A stretch of 64,000 nucleotides of DNA from Dendrobates tinctorius (taxonomy: Eukaryota), in assembly GCF_039654945.1 (NCBI RefSeq), contig NW_027361698.1, positions 19,654,001 to 19,718,000 of the forward strand. Reading direction: 5' to 3'. The notes under the pieces were generated by a model that had not been told where the DNA came from, ran no database searches, and was given only the letters and a program-made list of their open reading frames with translations. A program made the translations under genes and the position numbers. How positions within the stretch are numbered: position 1 is the stretch's first letter; every line of letters begins with the position of its first letter. Below are positions 52,486-64,000 of this stretch, piece after piece.

Positions 52486-53038
52486 GCATAGCAGTCAATA
52501 TCACACATGACATGAGGGTTATCGTGATTCATGTGAGCTCGGACACCCACAACTACCCCTGGACGAACACCACCCACCACTTCTTTAAAAAAAAAAAGAA
52601 AAGGAAACACAATCCCCATTAAATACACCAGTCAAGTAATGGATTTAATGGCCACAGCAGCCTTTTATTAACAAGAATTACAAACATTTATTTAACATTT
52701 CCAAGCCAAACAAATTTCCCATAGGAGGTGGTCCTCGAATCCCCAAAGTCTTAAAGCCACCAGTTCCCATAAAGTTCCAGCTTGGCCCCAGGTTGAGTCT
52801 TACCCCCAGCCGTTCAACACCAGCTCGGTGGCATACCGTAGTCAACCCTGCCAAACCGAACCCATGACGGGTTCCCTGTTTATCCATCCAATCCACGGGA
52901 TTAATTCACCCCGTCCACATAAATTCCCCCACAGGGAGTCCAGGACCTGTTAAGATCCCCCCCACCAATTCACCATTCCACCGATCCACCGACTTCGAGG
53001 ACCTCCCCCCACGCCACCAACATAAATGTTCTGACCCC

Positions 53039-53608
53039 TTAAACATTTATGTCCCCCCACACTTTTAAACCGATTTCAATACCCTCCTGAATGTTAAGGC
53101 ACCACAAATCAGTCCCCACCGCATTCAGATGCACCCCATCTGATCTCCAAAAACCACCTTCACCCGATTCCAGAGCTGAATGGCGAACCACCACGGCCCC
53201 ATTCCTCGCCATGAAACGAGATATGGCCTTATTCACCTTTATCCTTGCTCTGTTTACCCCTTCCACTGACTGAGCTCCCCTCCAAACTTTACGAAACACA
53301 ACGTCAGACCAAATAACCACCACCTCCGGAAATTCAGCCCACAGCCTTAACATGTCAAATTTTATATCCTTAATCAACTCCCTACATGGCCTCGAACCCA
53401 GGTCATTACCACCCAAATGAATGACAACAACATTAGGAGCACGGTCCAGACCGGCAAAACGATGAAATTCCGGAAGAAACTGCCTCCACACCATCCCCCT
53501 CTTTCCGATCCAATGCAGAACCACTGTCTCACGAGGGAAGCCTAATTGACGCCCATCCGGCCGAACCGCTGCTCGAATAGCCACCCAGAACACATACGAA
53601 TGGCTCAT
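53039..53608 (-). CDS. SGNH/GDSL-type hydrolase ORF of the Ngaro element
   Basis: Blocks (S)HSYV, RGM, HLGGNDL and DGVHL. Confidence 0.8.
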   Translation of the reverse strand: MSHSYVFWVAIRAAVRPDGRQLGFPRETVVLHWIGKRGMVWRQFLPEFHRFAGLDRAPNVVVIHLGGNDLGSRPCRELIKDIKFDMLRLWAEFPEVVVIWSDVVFRKVWRGAQSVEGVNRARIKVNKAISRFMARNGAVVVRHSALESGEGGFWRSDGVHLNAVGTDLWCLNIQEGIEIGLKVWGDINV

Positions 53609-53700
53609 TATCCAAGCGAGAGGCTGACCAAGCCCTGCAATAAAGCAGAAAAAACACCAACAAATTTAAACCCAATCTAACAAGATGACGACAGCCCACA

Positions 53701-54642
53701 TTAAACCAAATTCGGGCGAACATAAGACCGAAATCTAGCCGATTCCCACCGTCCGATCCTTTTAACCACTTCGTCACCGAGGCCCAGTCTAGCTGCCTCC
53801 GTGGCTGCCACGATTAGAAAAGAATGACCACTATAATCCATTGCCGATAAACCTTCCAACTCCAAACAGCGACGAAATATTGCCACGAACTGAAACCAAG
53901 GCAACAACGAACCATCGGCATGTACCAACAGCGGATCCTGCGGGATTCCTCCCCTACCCATAGGACACAAAGGTGAACCAGGGACTGCGAACAAAACCAC
54001 CTTGCATCCCCTCCCTGTAACGTCTGTTTTTGAAGAACGTAAAAATACCACCACTATATCCTCAAACACATCCACTTCTTCCCTCAGCACTCCCCCCTTT
54101 TTGTACCTAGACAGACTTACCAGTTCTCCCAGGCGAAAGACCCCGAAAAAAGCTAGAGCAAAAGCCGCCTTAAATAATTCCACTTCCCAACTCGAATAAC
54201 ACACTTGTGTCAAATGTTGACCAATACTCAGCAGAATCTTGTACGAAACTGGTCTCCTACTGTCTGCCGATCTCCAACCCTTCCTCCAACCCCTTAACAC
54301 CTGAAGCACCAAAAAAGATTTAGTCAAATCCTTTAGGCCCTTTGACTTAAAAACAAAAGCTAGGCCCGCCACGAACTTATTTACCATAGACACCGACCAA
54401 CCCAACTCCCAACAATGACCCAATAACAAAACTATTTTACTCTCGTCATCCATAAAATCCCCTAATGATGAACCCCAACTGTCCCACATGCTCCATGCCT
54501 TTTCGTATTGATTCCATGACCTGTCTGACAATGAACTGGAAAGCAAATCCCTCACTGCCCGCAAGGAAGATTCCATAAGTCCATTGGGCATTCCCGGCTC
54601 ACCGGTTCCTTGTGTAGAGCCAGCTCCCGAAATCGATCCCAC
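53701..54642 (-). CDS. Tyrosine recombinase of the Ngaro element (probably dead)
   Basis: FRLGEL, LRSSKTD, GHSFLIVAAT (HxxR arginine replaced by L) and GRWES..F..YVRP. Confidence 0.88.
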   Translation of the reverse strand: MGSISGAGSTQGTGEPGMPNGLMESSLRAVRDLLSSSLSDRSWNQYEKAWSMWDSWGSSLGDFMDDESKIVLLLGHCWELGWSVSMVNKFVAGLAFVFKSKGLKDLTKSFLVLQVLRGWRKGWRSADSRRPVSYKILLSIGQHLTQVCYSSWEVELFKAAFALAFFGVFRLGELVSLSRYKKGGVLREEVDVFEDIVVVFLRSSKTDVTGRGCKVVLFAVPGSPLCPMGRGGIPQDPLLVHADGSLLPWFQFVAIFRRCLELEGLSAMDYSGHSFLIVAATEAARLGLGDEVVKRIGRWESARFRSYVRPNLV

Positions 54643-56089
54643 TGTGAAAGAGAAAGAGCATCAATGATAGGATTACGCGGACTTGCCTTGACCTCGGATA
54701 CGATCCATAGATTAAACGATAAACCCACAAAAGCCAAATGCTGCAACACTTTTACCACTGCTGGGGTATCAGCAGATAAAGCATTTCTCGCCGCCGCCAC
54801 TCCCGATTGCTCGCATGAGAAACGAATCTTCGAATTTTTAACTTCCTCTCCCCACAAAGCCAAAGCCGCTACAATTGGGAATAGGTGCACCAAATCTGGT
54901 TCGCCAGTAAACCAAGTTCAATCCACGCATTCGGCCAACTCGCCACCATCTATTTTCTGCGAAAGTACAAACTAAAACCTTGCCTCAAATCGCTGTCAAT
55001 GAGAAAACCGAGCACTTCAGCATCTGTCACCGGTTGAATCCAAATAGATCTGCCATTGTACTCCTCGAGAAAATGAGACCATACTTTCAAATCATTTTTC
55101 AATTCTCTTTCGAGTCTGACAAAATGGACTCGAGTGGAATATTTGCAAATTTATTAAAAAAGAAAATATAGTCCAGTCCCATATACCCATCACACATCCT
55201 CCATCGGCATTATTCTACATGCAAAATTCAGCTTGCCCAGCAACGATTGTAAATTTCGTAGCATAATTTTTTGAGAACCTTGGGCCCTCGAGACATCCTC
55301 CCGCAATGCAATCAATTTATCAGAGGGCAATCTGCATTCCATAGCCATGGTATCGATTTCAATGCCCAGGAAACTCAACACTGACAATGGCCCAACGGTT
55401 TTCTCAGCCGCCAACAGAACCCCAAACCTTTTAGACACACTTTCCATAGTATGCAACAACAGTGAACAATCTGACGCGTTAGCAGGGCCAACAAACAAAA
55501 AGTCGTCAAGATAATGAATGCAAGAGTTCAAGCCTGAGACGTCTTTAACAACCCATTCCTAAAACGTACTGAAAGTTTCAAAGTATGCACACGAAAGCAA
55601 ACAACCCATTGGAAGACAACGGTCCACGAAAAAGCCGCCATCCCAGAAACAACCTATTAGGTGCAAACTATCACGATGAACAGGCAACAAACGAAACGCG
55701 GCCTCGATGTCCGTCTTTGCCAATAACGCTCCGTTGCCACACAACCGAACCCAATCCATGGCCGCATCAAAGGACGTGTACAGTACCGAGCACAACTGTG
55801 GATCAATCTCGTCATTAACCGATGACCCTTTAGGAAAAGATAAGTGATGAATAAGCCTGAACTTGTTGGGCTCTTTTTTAGGGACCACACCAAGTGGTGA
55901 AACCCTCAAATTATTAAGCGGTACTTCAGCAAACAGGCCCGCCATCCTGCCCAAACTAACTTCTTTTCCTAAATTATCAGACACCACCTCCGGATATTGT
56001 AAAGCCGACTTCAAATTTTTTGTACTCAAACGAATTTCTTGGTCAACAAAAGGGATCTTAAAACCATCCCTAAAACCTTCATACAACAA
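54552..56089 (-). pseudogene. Disrupted RT/RNase H of the Ngaro element
   Basis: SPLGVVPKK..FRLIHHLS, KTDIEAAFR, LPMGC and HYLDDFL motifs. In-frame TAG at 55559-55561, a foreign patch at 55138-55205, and a degenerate RNase H (LFPIVAALALWG). Confidence 0.9.
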
Positions 56090-56107
56090 GCAGCAGCATC
56101 CGAGTAC

Positions 56108-58039
56108 CTACTTAGGAAACCTGCCATCGCGTCCAGCCGCACTGGTGTCTCCCCTCTTTTCAACATTGTCACCGCCCTTTGCTCTGGTATTCCTAAAACA
56201 TTTAACTGCGCCTTGAGAGCCCCCACAGGCTGCACATTCATGCTTAAACTTGCATTTACTCCCGAATTTACATGTCGCTTCGTTAAATGCAAAGCACAGC
56301 CTTTTCTGCATAGCAACCGAGTGTCCTGACTGCCCGAAGCCCCCGGTGCCCCCCTGAAAGGGCTGACTACCCGACCCCAGCCTAGACCGAACCAATACCT
56401 TCATCCAAAGAGCGATGTCCTTATGATCCCACCGTATATTGGGACGAACTGCTTGCCGTTGACGAAATTGCTCGTCATGACGCAGCCAGCCCTGACCCTC
56501 ATAAACTCGATACGCCTCCCCTATCGCGTCCGTATAACAAAATAGGTCTGCACAATTCTCCGGGGTCTTTTCCCCAATAATGCTGGCTAAAATAGAAAAT
56601 GCTTGCAACCAATTGGGGAAGGTCCTGGGTATTAAGCGATACCTCCTCCTTTCTTCCTCATCTTTTTTAAAATCATCTTTCCTCTGCCTGTCCAAATTGA
56701 AACGTTCCAGTGGTAATAATGAAAATATCTCAACATACTCCCCTTTCCATATTTTTTCCCTCATCCCCTGCTTCAAGTGAGCCCCCAATGGACCCTCAAA
56801 GCATACATACACCTCCCCTTTTGCAGCGTCATCCAAGCGCACCTCTGACTCCTTATCTTTTTCGCTGACAGTCTCCGCCACCACCGATGGCTCCTCAGTC
56901 CGAAGACTACTCCCTGCCGCTTCACTGCCATCACATGAAGCCGCATGAGTTCCCGCACGCGCATCCCCTAAACTACCTGACTCAACTGACATATCCGTAT
57001 GACCCACCGGTGTATTGGGACCCCCTACCGACACTGCCGAAGGTGAGTTAGCTGTATACCGCCCCCCTGACCCCCACATCAAGGACAATTCCCTCAAGCC
57101 ATGCAAAACTAAACCAGCTACCCCAGCACCACCCCCACAATAGCCCTCTTGCCCTCTAGATTCAGGGGAAGCTAAATAGGAATTAAAAGGATAAAGATTA
57201 GCACTCTCACCTAGCTGCCTGGGTGCTGTGAGCCCAGCAGCCGAAGGTCCTGAATCCAGGGATGAAGGGCCTTGTGCAGGTCCGCTCCTGAGCTGATCCA
57301 GAGATGATCCTGCAGCTCCTGAGACTCCCCGACCCAGCAGCAGCCGGCCATCCCCCATAGCCGCATCCACTACCGAGCCAGGGACCCCCGAAGCCGCTGA
57401 TGAAGGTGTAGGTGGCTGTAGCAGGCCAGCATCCGGCTGTCCATATCGGTAAATGCCTGTGCTCTCTGCTGACAGACTGGAATGAGCGCAGACTGAGGCA
57501 GCTGCCGGCTGCCCGCCTCCTCCTGACTGTATCCCGGGCTCCCCAGCCCCCAAACCGCCACCGAGCTGACTCCCAAACTCCTGCACCGCTGGGGGCAGAG
57601 CGTCGCTGCCTGAGCCAGCCACAGACTGTGACTGGCCGCCGCTCTCCATGCGCTGAGGGACCACCCGTTGAGGCCCCCGCTGTCTCACCTCCCTGCCTCT
57701 TCCACGCCGAGCAGGCTCCGCTCACACACAGGAGTCCGCCGCTCCAGCTCCAGAGAACCCCCGGCGTCTTGCAGATGCTGTGAGGGAGGCTGACTCCTGC
57801 CCCCGCTGTAGGCCCCGCCGACCAGAAGGATTCCTCCCGGCATTCTGAGGTGGAACCGCAGGCCTGCGTCCAGCGCTCGTTACCGGAGGGTCCCTGGAGG
57901 GGCTCCTAACACTCTCAGGAACCAGGGAAGCTCCGGTCACCGACCCTTACAGCAGGCTGTCCACCGAAGCCTGCAGCCAGCCTGTCCCATGGGAGCCCGC
58001 CACCTCACGCAGCCGTTGCAGCAACGACTCCACATCCAT
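56108..58039 (-). pseudogene. Gag-like ORF of the Ngaro element, frameshifted at the N-terminus
   Basis: PLGAHLK...KIWKGEYVEIFSLL, WLRHDEQFRQ and a C-terminal Cys/His knuckle CFAFNEATCKFGSKCKFKHECAACGG. N-terminal piece MDVESLLQRLRE lies upstream. Confidence 0.8.
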
Positions 58040-58342
58040 AATGTCAGGTACCACAAATAGCTTCTTCCTCTCAGCCGGGGTACCTAAAATGGTTCCCAAT
58101 CTAAAATGGCCGGATCCTATATACTGGTCCTCCACCCCCCTTCCATAAGTCCACTCCCTTTTCCAATTTAACCCCTCCTCATTCCTTCAACCAGGCTAAA
58201 ACAAAAAACTCCCAACTCCACAAACCCGCCTCCTAAGTAGATTAACCCTTTTGCTAGCTCAGGTCCTGTACGCTTCCTTATTCCCACTATACCCTGTCAT
58301 GTCAGCCTCCCAGTGAGGCTAAGGGCCCCGTACGGCTTCTCT

Positions 58343-58691
58343 GGATAGGATTAGATACACAGCTCAGCAGTCAGTATCACACAGGATAGGATTAGATACA
58401 CGGCTCTGCAGACAGTATCACACAGGATAGGATTAGATACACGGCTCAGCAGTCAGTATCACACAGGATAGGATTAGATACACGGCTCAGCAGTCAGTAT
58501 CACACAGGAGAGGATTAGACACATGGCTCAGCAGGCAGTATCACACAGGATAGGATTAGATACACGGCTCAGAAGTCAGTATCAGACAGGGTAGTAATAG
58601 ATACACGGCTCAGCAGACAGTATCACACAGAATAGGATTAGATACATGGCTCAGCAGTCAGTATCACACAGGATAGGATTAGATGCACGGT
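58343..58691. repeat. 41-bp minisatellite, ~8.5 copies
   Basis: Unit ACACAGGATAGGATTAGATACACGGCTCAGCAGTCAGTATC. It abuts the truncated Gypsy pol. Confidence 0.92.
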
Positions 58692-58699
58692 TTTTATGT

Positions 58700-61043
58700 G
58701 CAGAACCTTTTGGTGGGGCAGTCCAAGAAAGGCAAGCAGAAGAATTCCACATTTGAATGGACTGAAGAGTTGGAGAGGTCTTTCACCAGATTGAAGATGG
58801 CTCTCGCAGGTGACGAAGTTCTGGCCTACCCAGATTATGACAAACCCTTTGCGCTGTACACGGATGCCAGCAACATGGGATTAGGAGCAGTACTGTCGCA
58901 GGTACAGAATGGAAAAGAGAGAGTGATCTCCTACGCCAGCAGGAAGCTGCGTCCCACTGAGAGGAAACCTGATAATTACAGTTCTTTTAAGCTGGAGTTC
59001 CTTGCCATAGTCTGGGCTGTCACCGAAAGGTTCAAGCATTACCTAGCTTCGGCCAAATTTACAATCTTCATGGACAACAACCCGTTGACCAACTTGGACA
59101 CTGCCAAGCTAGGAGCACTGGAGCAGCGATGGATGGCTCGGTTATCCAATTATGAGTTTACCATCAAGTACCGGGCAGGGCACAAGAATGCCAATGCTGA
59201 TGCGCTATCCAGGATGCCTAATCTGCCAGATGCAGGAGAAGACCCTGAGGCTCTGGAAGAGGAAGAATTGCCTCCCTTCCACCGGCCACTGGCGGCCCAA
59301 CGTGCTCAAGGAGTGAGAAACAGGCGGCCTGGCTTGAAGGAAGTCACTCTGAATCCGTTGCCCCATCATGATTGGGCAGAAGCGCAAGATAATGACCCTG
59401 CAGTCCGCCTGGTGAAAGAGCTGCTGACACAAGGTGACTCACGCCCAGAGTTGAATGCTCCTGAAGAAATTCATCAGTTGTGGAAGGAAAGAGGTCGGCT
59501 GTTCATTTATGAAGGGAAGCTGTGTGGGAGGAGTATCAATGCCCGCACATATGAGCTGGTCTGGCAGGTGGTGGTCCCAAAGAGAGATGCATCAATGGTC
59601 CTAGGAGCATGCCACAATGGAGCTGGACATTTTGGTTGGAAGAAGTTGGAAACATTGCTCCGAGAGAGCTTCTACTGGACTGGCATGCGGAAGGCCATTG
59701 AGAGGTGGTGCTGGGAGTGTGGACAGTGTAACCTGCGCAGAAAGGATCGAGACAGCCAGAGAGCTCCCTTACAGCCAATCATCACCAAACAGCCCCTGGA
59801 GTTGGTAGCCCTGGACCATGTGAAGCTGGTTCCAAGCCGGTCAGGCTACCTCTATGCCCTCACCATTGTGGACCACTATTCAAGATTCCTGTTGGTTGTG
59901 CCCGTCAAAGATCTAACAGCCAGGACTGCGGCCAGAGCCTTCCAACAGCACTTCTGTAGGCCACATGGGTATCCTGAAAGAGTACTCACAGATCAAGGTC
60001 CAGCTTTCAAGGCAGAAGTGTTCCATGAGTTCTGCAACTTGTATGGTTGTAAGAAGATCCGGACAACACCTTATCACCCACAGACCAACGACATGTGCGA
60101 GAAGATGAACCAGGTAGTGATTGATTTACTCAAGACATTGCCCTTGGAGGAGAGAAATCTGTGGCCAGAAAAGTTACCCGATCTGTTAGATCTCTACAGC
60201 CATATCCCAGTGAACTCTACCAACTGAACTCCAGCGTACCTGATGAGAGCAAGGCCTGGTAAGCTGCCTATTGACTTGGACACGGGAGTCCTGATGCCTG
60301 AAGTAACGTCACCAGATGCTGACTGGGACAAGGAGAGGCAGCAGCAGTACAGAAGGGTACAGGAGTGTGAGGAGAAGAGTCTGGCTCAGGCAAGGCAGAA
60401 GCAGGAGAGACTTTATAACTAAAATGCACCTGCTGTTCCGTTTTCGCCGGGAGAACAAGTTCTCAAGAGAAAAAGAAGACTGCATAAGCTGGATGATCAA
60501 TGGGAAGAGGAGCCCTATACAATTCTGCCCTCGAACTTTGATAATGCCAAAGTATGCCTTGTTAGCAAAGATGGAGGAGAGACCTCAGCAGCGGTATCCA
60601 GGGATCACTTGAAGTTATGCCCTGACCAGTTGAAAGAAAAAGAGGGAGGATCGGATAACATCCCACCTACAGAGGAAGAAAAGACAGTCAGTACCGTGCT
60701 GGGAGAGTTCCCTGCGAATTGGACTAGAGTTAATGATGCAATCGTGGTGCCGGTGTTGTTATTTCCCCAAGTAAAAGCACAGGAGAATAGGGCTCAAGAA
60801 GACCTTGAAGATCGAGAAAATCAGGCAGCAGAGGCTACACCAGCAGTGGAGCCAGAGAACCCTCGCCCTGCCAGTGGTGAACCTGTTATGCCCATGGTGA
60901 GTCCAAGAGTTACTAGACAATCTAGAATTCCTGTACCATGTGGAACACCCAGTAGTGTATCCAGTACATTACCCACTGCACCCGTCTTACGCAGATCTAC
61001 CCGCACCACACAAGGCATACTACCAGTTAGATATCGTATATAA
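58700..61043 (+). pseudogene. 5'-truncated Gypsy/Ty3 pol (RNase H, integrase)
   Basis: YTDAS.GLGAVL, YASRKL, LEFLAIVWAV, NANADALSR, HHCC zinc finger and D-D-E core. The frame continues past stops at 60225 and ~60420 to LRRSTR...PVRY. Confidence 0.92.
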
Positions 61044-61368
61044 AGTAATGTAATTGTTGAAATTGTGTAAATATGTAACTGTTTTTCAAGTTTTGTACCT
61101 ACAGGTGACCTGTAAGAGCTCTCTTTGGTTTGTTTTATGGACACTGAACCACAGGACTTGTGTGTGGTCAAAAACTTTTACCATTTGCCCAGGGATGGAC
61201 CATGGACATTGATGCTGGACTTATCATCATAGGACCATTTTTGAGCTCTTGGTTTTTCTACATTTTTCTCTTTTTCAAATCTTGTACAATTATTGTTGTT
61301 TCAATGTTTATATGTTGTTTTTCATGTTTTTGTTCATCCCAGGAGTGCTGACTTTCACTAGGGGGGGA

Positions 61369-62379
61369 TGTGGTGCCCCCAGGAGTATGGTCGCCACACT
61401 GGCTTTGCCTTCCTCCAGGGGAGGGTAATGCCAGGCTTGGAAGCAGTGATGGGTCTCTCCTGCAGTTAACCTAATGCATGCAACACAGTTCCACTCTGGG
61501 CCAGCAGGGGGAACTCTGAACCTGGATTCTGGAAAGGGGTGTCCTCTGAGGGCCAGGAGGAAAAAGTGTCAGATAGTCTGCGGAGGGTGAAGTGTGCAGA
61601 CGGGAGGTGCGAAGCTGAGAGGTTGAGCTGCAGAAGGCGAGCTCCCTCAGCTTGAGAGCGCACAGAACTGGAGCCTGGTCTCCACGGTGGTACGGATACT
61701 GACGGTCCTACCACAGATACCAGAGGAGTAGGAGGCTGTAAATGCCCTGCTCCCAGCAAAGACTTGGGACACAACAGCAATTGAATAGAGAGCCAGGACT
61801 CAGGAGAGGAGTCCCCGAGAGAGGCTACAGCTGTCTGTCATACAAGTATAGTTCTAGGAACATCTGAAGAGAGGCATTTCAGAGTAACTAAGTACTGGAG
61901 TGCTTCACACTATAAAGCGCTAGGAAGGAGACTGCACAGCCCTTCTGCTGAGAGAGAATCCTGATCTGCTTCCAGGCTAACCTGCTCCAATACCATCTGT
62001 AATCAGGACTCTGAACTGCATATACTCAGTAAAGGTACAGAAACTACAACCGCTGTGTCTTGCCTGTTCCCTACGCTTTCGGCACAGCTACATCCCCATG
62101 CCAGCTACATCTACACTGCCCTGGGACTACAGCTCCACCTGTGGGGAGCTTTACCATCTAAGCTGCACATAACATCAGTCCCAGCGGACCTGTATGCAGC
62201 GTTGGCTTAACACCATATTTGCCAAACATCACGGGTGGCGTCACGAACTATCCTACCATTAACTACATCTTCCCATTGCTTGGGCGCCCAGGGCCACGGA
62301 CCGGGTGACCGCTGCTGTGACACATCCCCCTGACACCGGCCCGGTACCGAGTACCCCACAGCCCTGGGAGGGCGACCCA
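61369..62379 (+). mobile_element. Gypsy 3' LTR (~1.01 kb)
   Basis: Polypurine tract AGGGGGGGA (61360-61368) directly precedes TGTGGTGCCC. Ends GGGCGACCCA (TG...CA with a short inverted repeat). Confidence 0.8.
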
Positions 62380-64000
62380 AGTCTGTGAAAATGTAGCAAG
62401 AAATTCAGCCTACCAAATGGATCCTGGCCTCTTCCATGTTCTTACTGTTAAAGAGATATCAAAGCGGTGAAAAAAATGGCAAAATTCGCGTGTCGGGAAT
62501 AAGCAAACCCTCTCCTCAGCAAGCCTGAAATGTCCTGGACAGGACCAATTGTAGATGTAGGCAACAGCCGTCCAGGGCTATGAACGGATTCAGCTTGGAA
62601 AGGAGTGGATCGGGGATCTTGTGTTGGTGTATGAGGCAGGGAGCAGTCCTGGCACGGTCTCAAAGCTCCTTCTGCATCTGCCATGACAGCACGAGCAGGG
62701 TTTTTAGGGGATGATGCTGAGTCAGAAAAAAACTTCTGTGTGGCCTGGGTGGAACCCATTGGAGCCTGAGAGCGTAGCCCAGATTTCCCGGCATTAGGAC
62801 AATTAGGACCGCAAGTACACGCTGGTATAGTGCAGGAAAATGGCTGAGGCAGTAGAGCTCTCACAACGTACGTCTGAAAAGCGCCATAGCCAGGCCACGT
62901 CCAACATGTGTGCTTTTTTATGCATTTTTATTTGCATTTTTTCCCATTCGTTTTATTTAGTTGGCATGCTACAGATTTGAGTGCAACAATGCAACAAAGT
63001 ACTTCTATGTCTTAAATCAACAAGAAAAAATAAGCAGCATATGTATAAGATTTCAGAAATTTAATTCACTATTCACTTTGCTGATACTCTAAATTGCTGT
63101 GTTTTGTACTCTAGAAAAACTTGCATCAAAAACGATGTTTCATCAATATAGCTACATATATAATCTTTCATTAGCTGGAATTTCTTCTAATCTTTGATAA
63201 TGGGTATTAATGAGCAGAATATATTTGATGTGAAGCGTTTAACTAAGCTTTCTCACTTAAAGTGTTAACACTGACTTCCCTTCCAGCACAACTGAGACAA
63301 AATAATTAGTATGCGTGACTATGGCCAAACTGCTCAAACACTGATTTCATGAAAAGAAAGCTTGGTCAGAAAAATGTGGACACATTACACATGCTGGCTC
63401 CAGATAAAGACACAATGGCCAAAATCAAACCTTCAATTACATTTACCCATCTTATTTATACATGTCAGCTACTTAGCCTAACAGACTGTGAAAAAATCAC
63501 TGCTAGGACAGGCACATACATCCAAGCATTTGTCTAACGAGGAAGATGGGTAAGTATTAATTAGTAATGCTGAATTAAACACATTGCCAGTTTAACCAAA
63601 AGATTCTAAAGTGGCACAAAGAAGTTTACTAACCGAATTAGTTCAGTGAGAAACACTTGCCTGTTACCATGTCTGCTTCACTGGGCTTGAAAAAAAGGAT
63701 TGTTTAGGGGCATTAATCTGGGCACAAAGTAAAATTTTTTTCTATTTCAGAATAAAATTACCGTACTTTTTTATTTTATTTTTTCTGATGCTAACTTAGA
63801 CCAGACACAGAATTTAAACAATAGCTCCTGCCTATGTTTTCTACCCCAGACATTTTTGTATAGCTAAAGGTATGTGTGTGATGTATTTTTCAAGCGGATG
63901 CCACAGGCCTGAAAAATCGCTAAACGTTAATAACTAATGAACAAATGCACTGAAATGTAAAAAAAGAACTTGTGCAAATGTTCTGTCTTTACCCTCTTTC

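Larger units (their letters stand above)
52490..58300 (-). mobile_element. Ngaro-type (DIRS order) tyrosine-recombinase retrotransposon, near full-length and inactivated
   Basis: Order gag - RT/RNase H - YR - SGNH hydrolase on the minus strand. Boundaries are approximate and split direct repeats were not resolved. Confidence 0.88.

Noticed and set aside
62448-62864. 138-aa minus-strand ORF after the LTR
   Set aside because: No recognisable domain. It is likely a chance ORF or a decayed retroelement fragment.

Overview
This is eukaryotic, repeat-dense genomic DNA. The TE inventory (V-SINE, CR1, T2/Kolobok and Harbinger MITEs, Tc1, Ngaro, Gypsy) suggests an anuran amphibian, which is an inference. 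About 45% of the window is tandem arrays: a ~17.2 kb 66-bp array, an ~8.3 kb 52-bp array and a ~3.3 kb 31/21-bp array. All three lie inside two non-autonomous hAT-type elements bounded by TIRs (575-18066 and 21518-34806). The second element has a 7/8 TSD and splits an older MITE. The only well-supported host gene is a divergent two-exon ODAD3/CCDC151-like gene (40086-41150 + 44844-45467, 562 aa), which looks like a retrogene. Its single intron holds a full-length Tc1 with an open DD34E transposase. Other elements are an ORF1-only L1 derivative (HAL1-like) inserted in a V-SINE, a decayed Tc1, a Ngaro-type tyrosine-recombinase retroelement with an SGNH ORF and a locally templated insertion in pol, and the 3' half of a Gypsy element with its LTR. 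There is also a possible first exon of an unidentified minus-strand gene near 20.9-21.3 kb. The many ORFs in 0.8-18 kb are artefacts of the 66-bp repeat.
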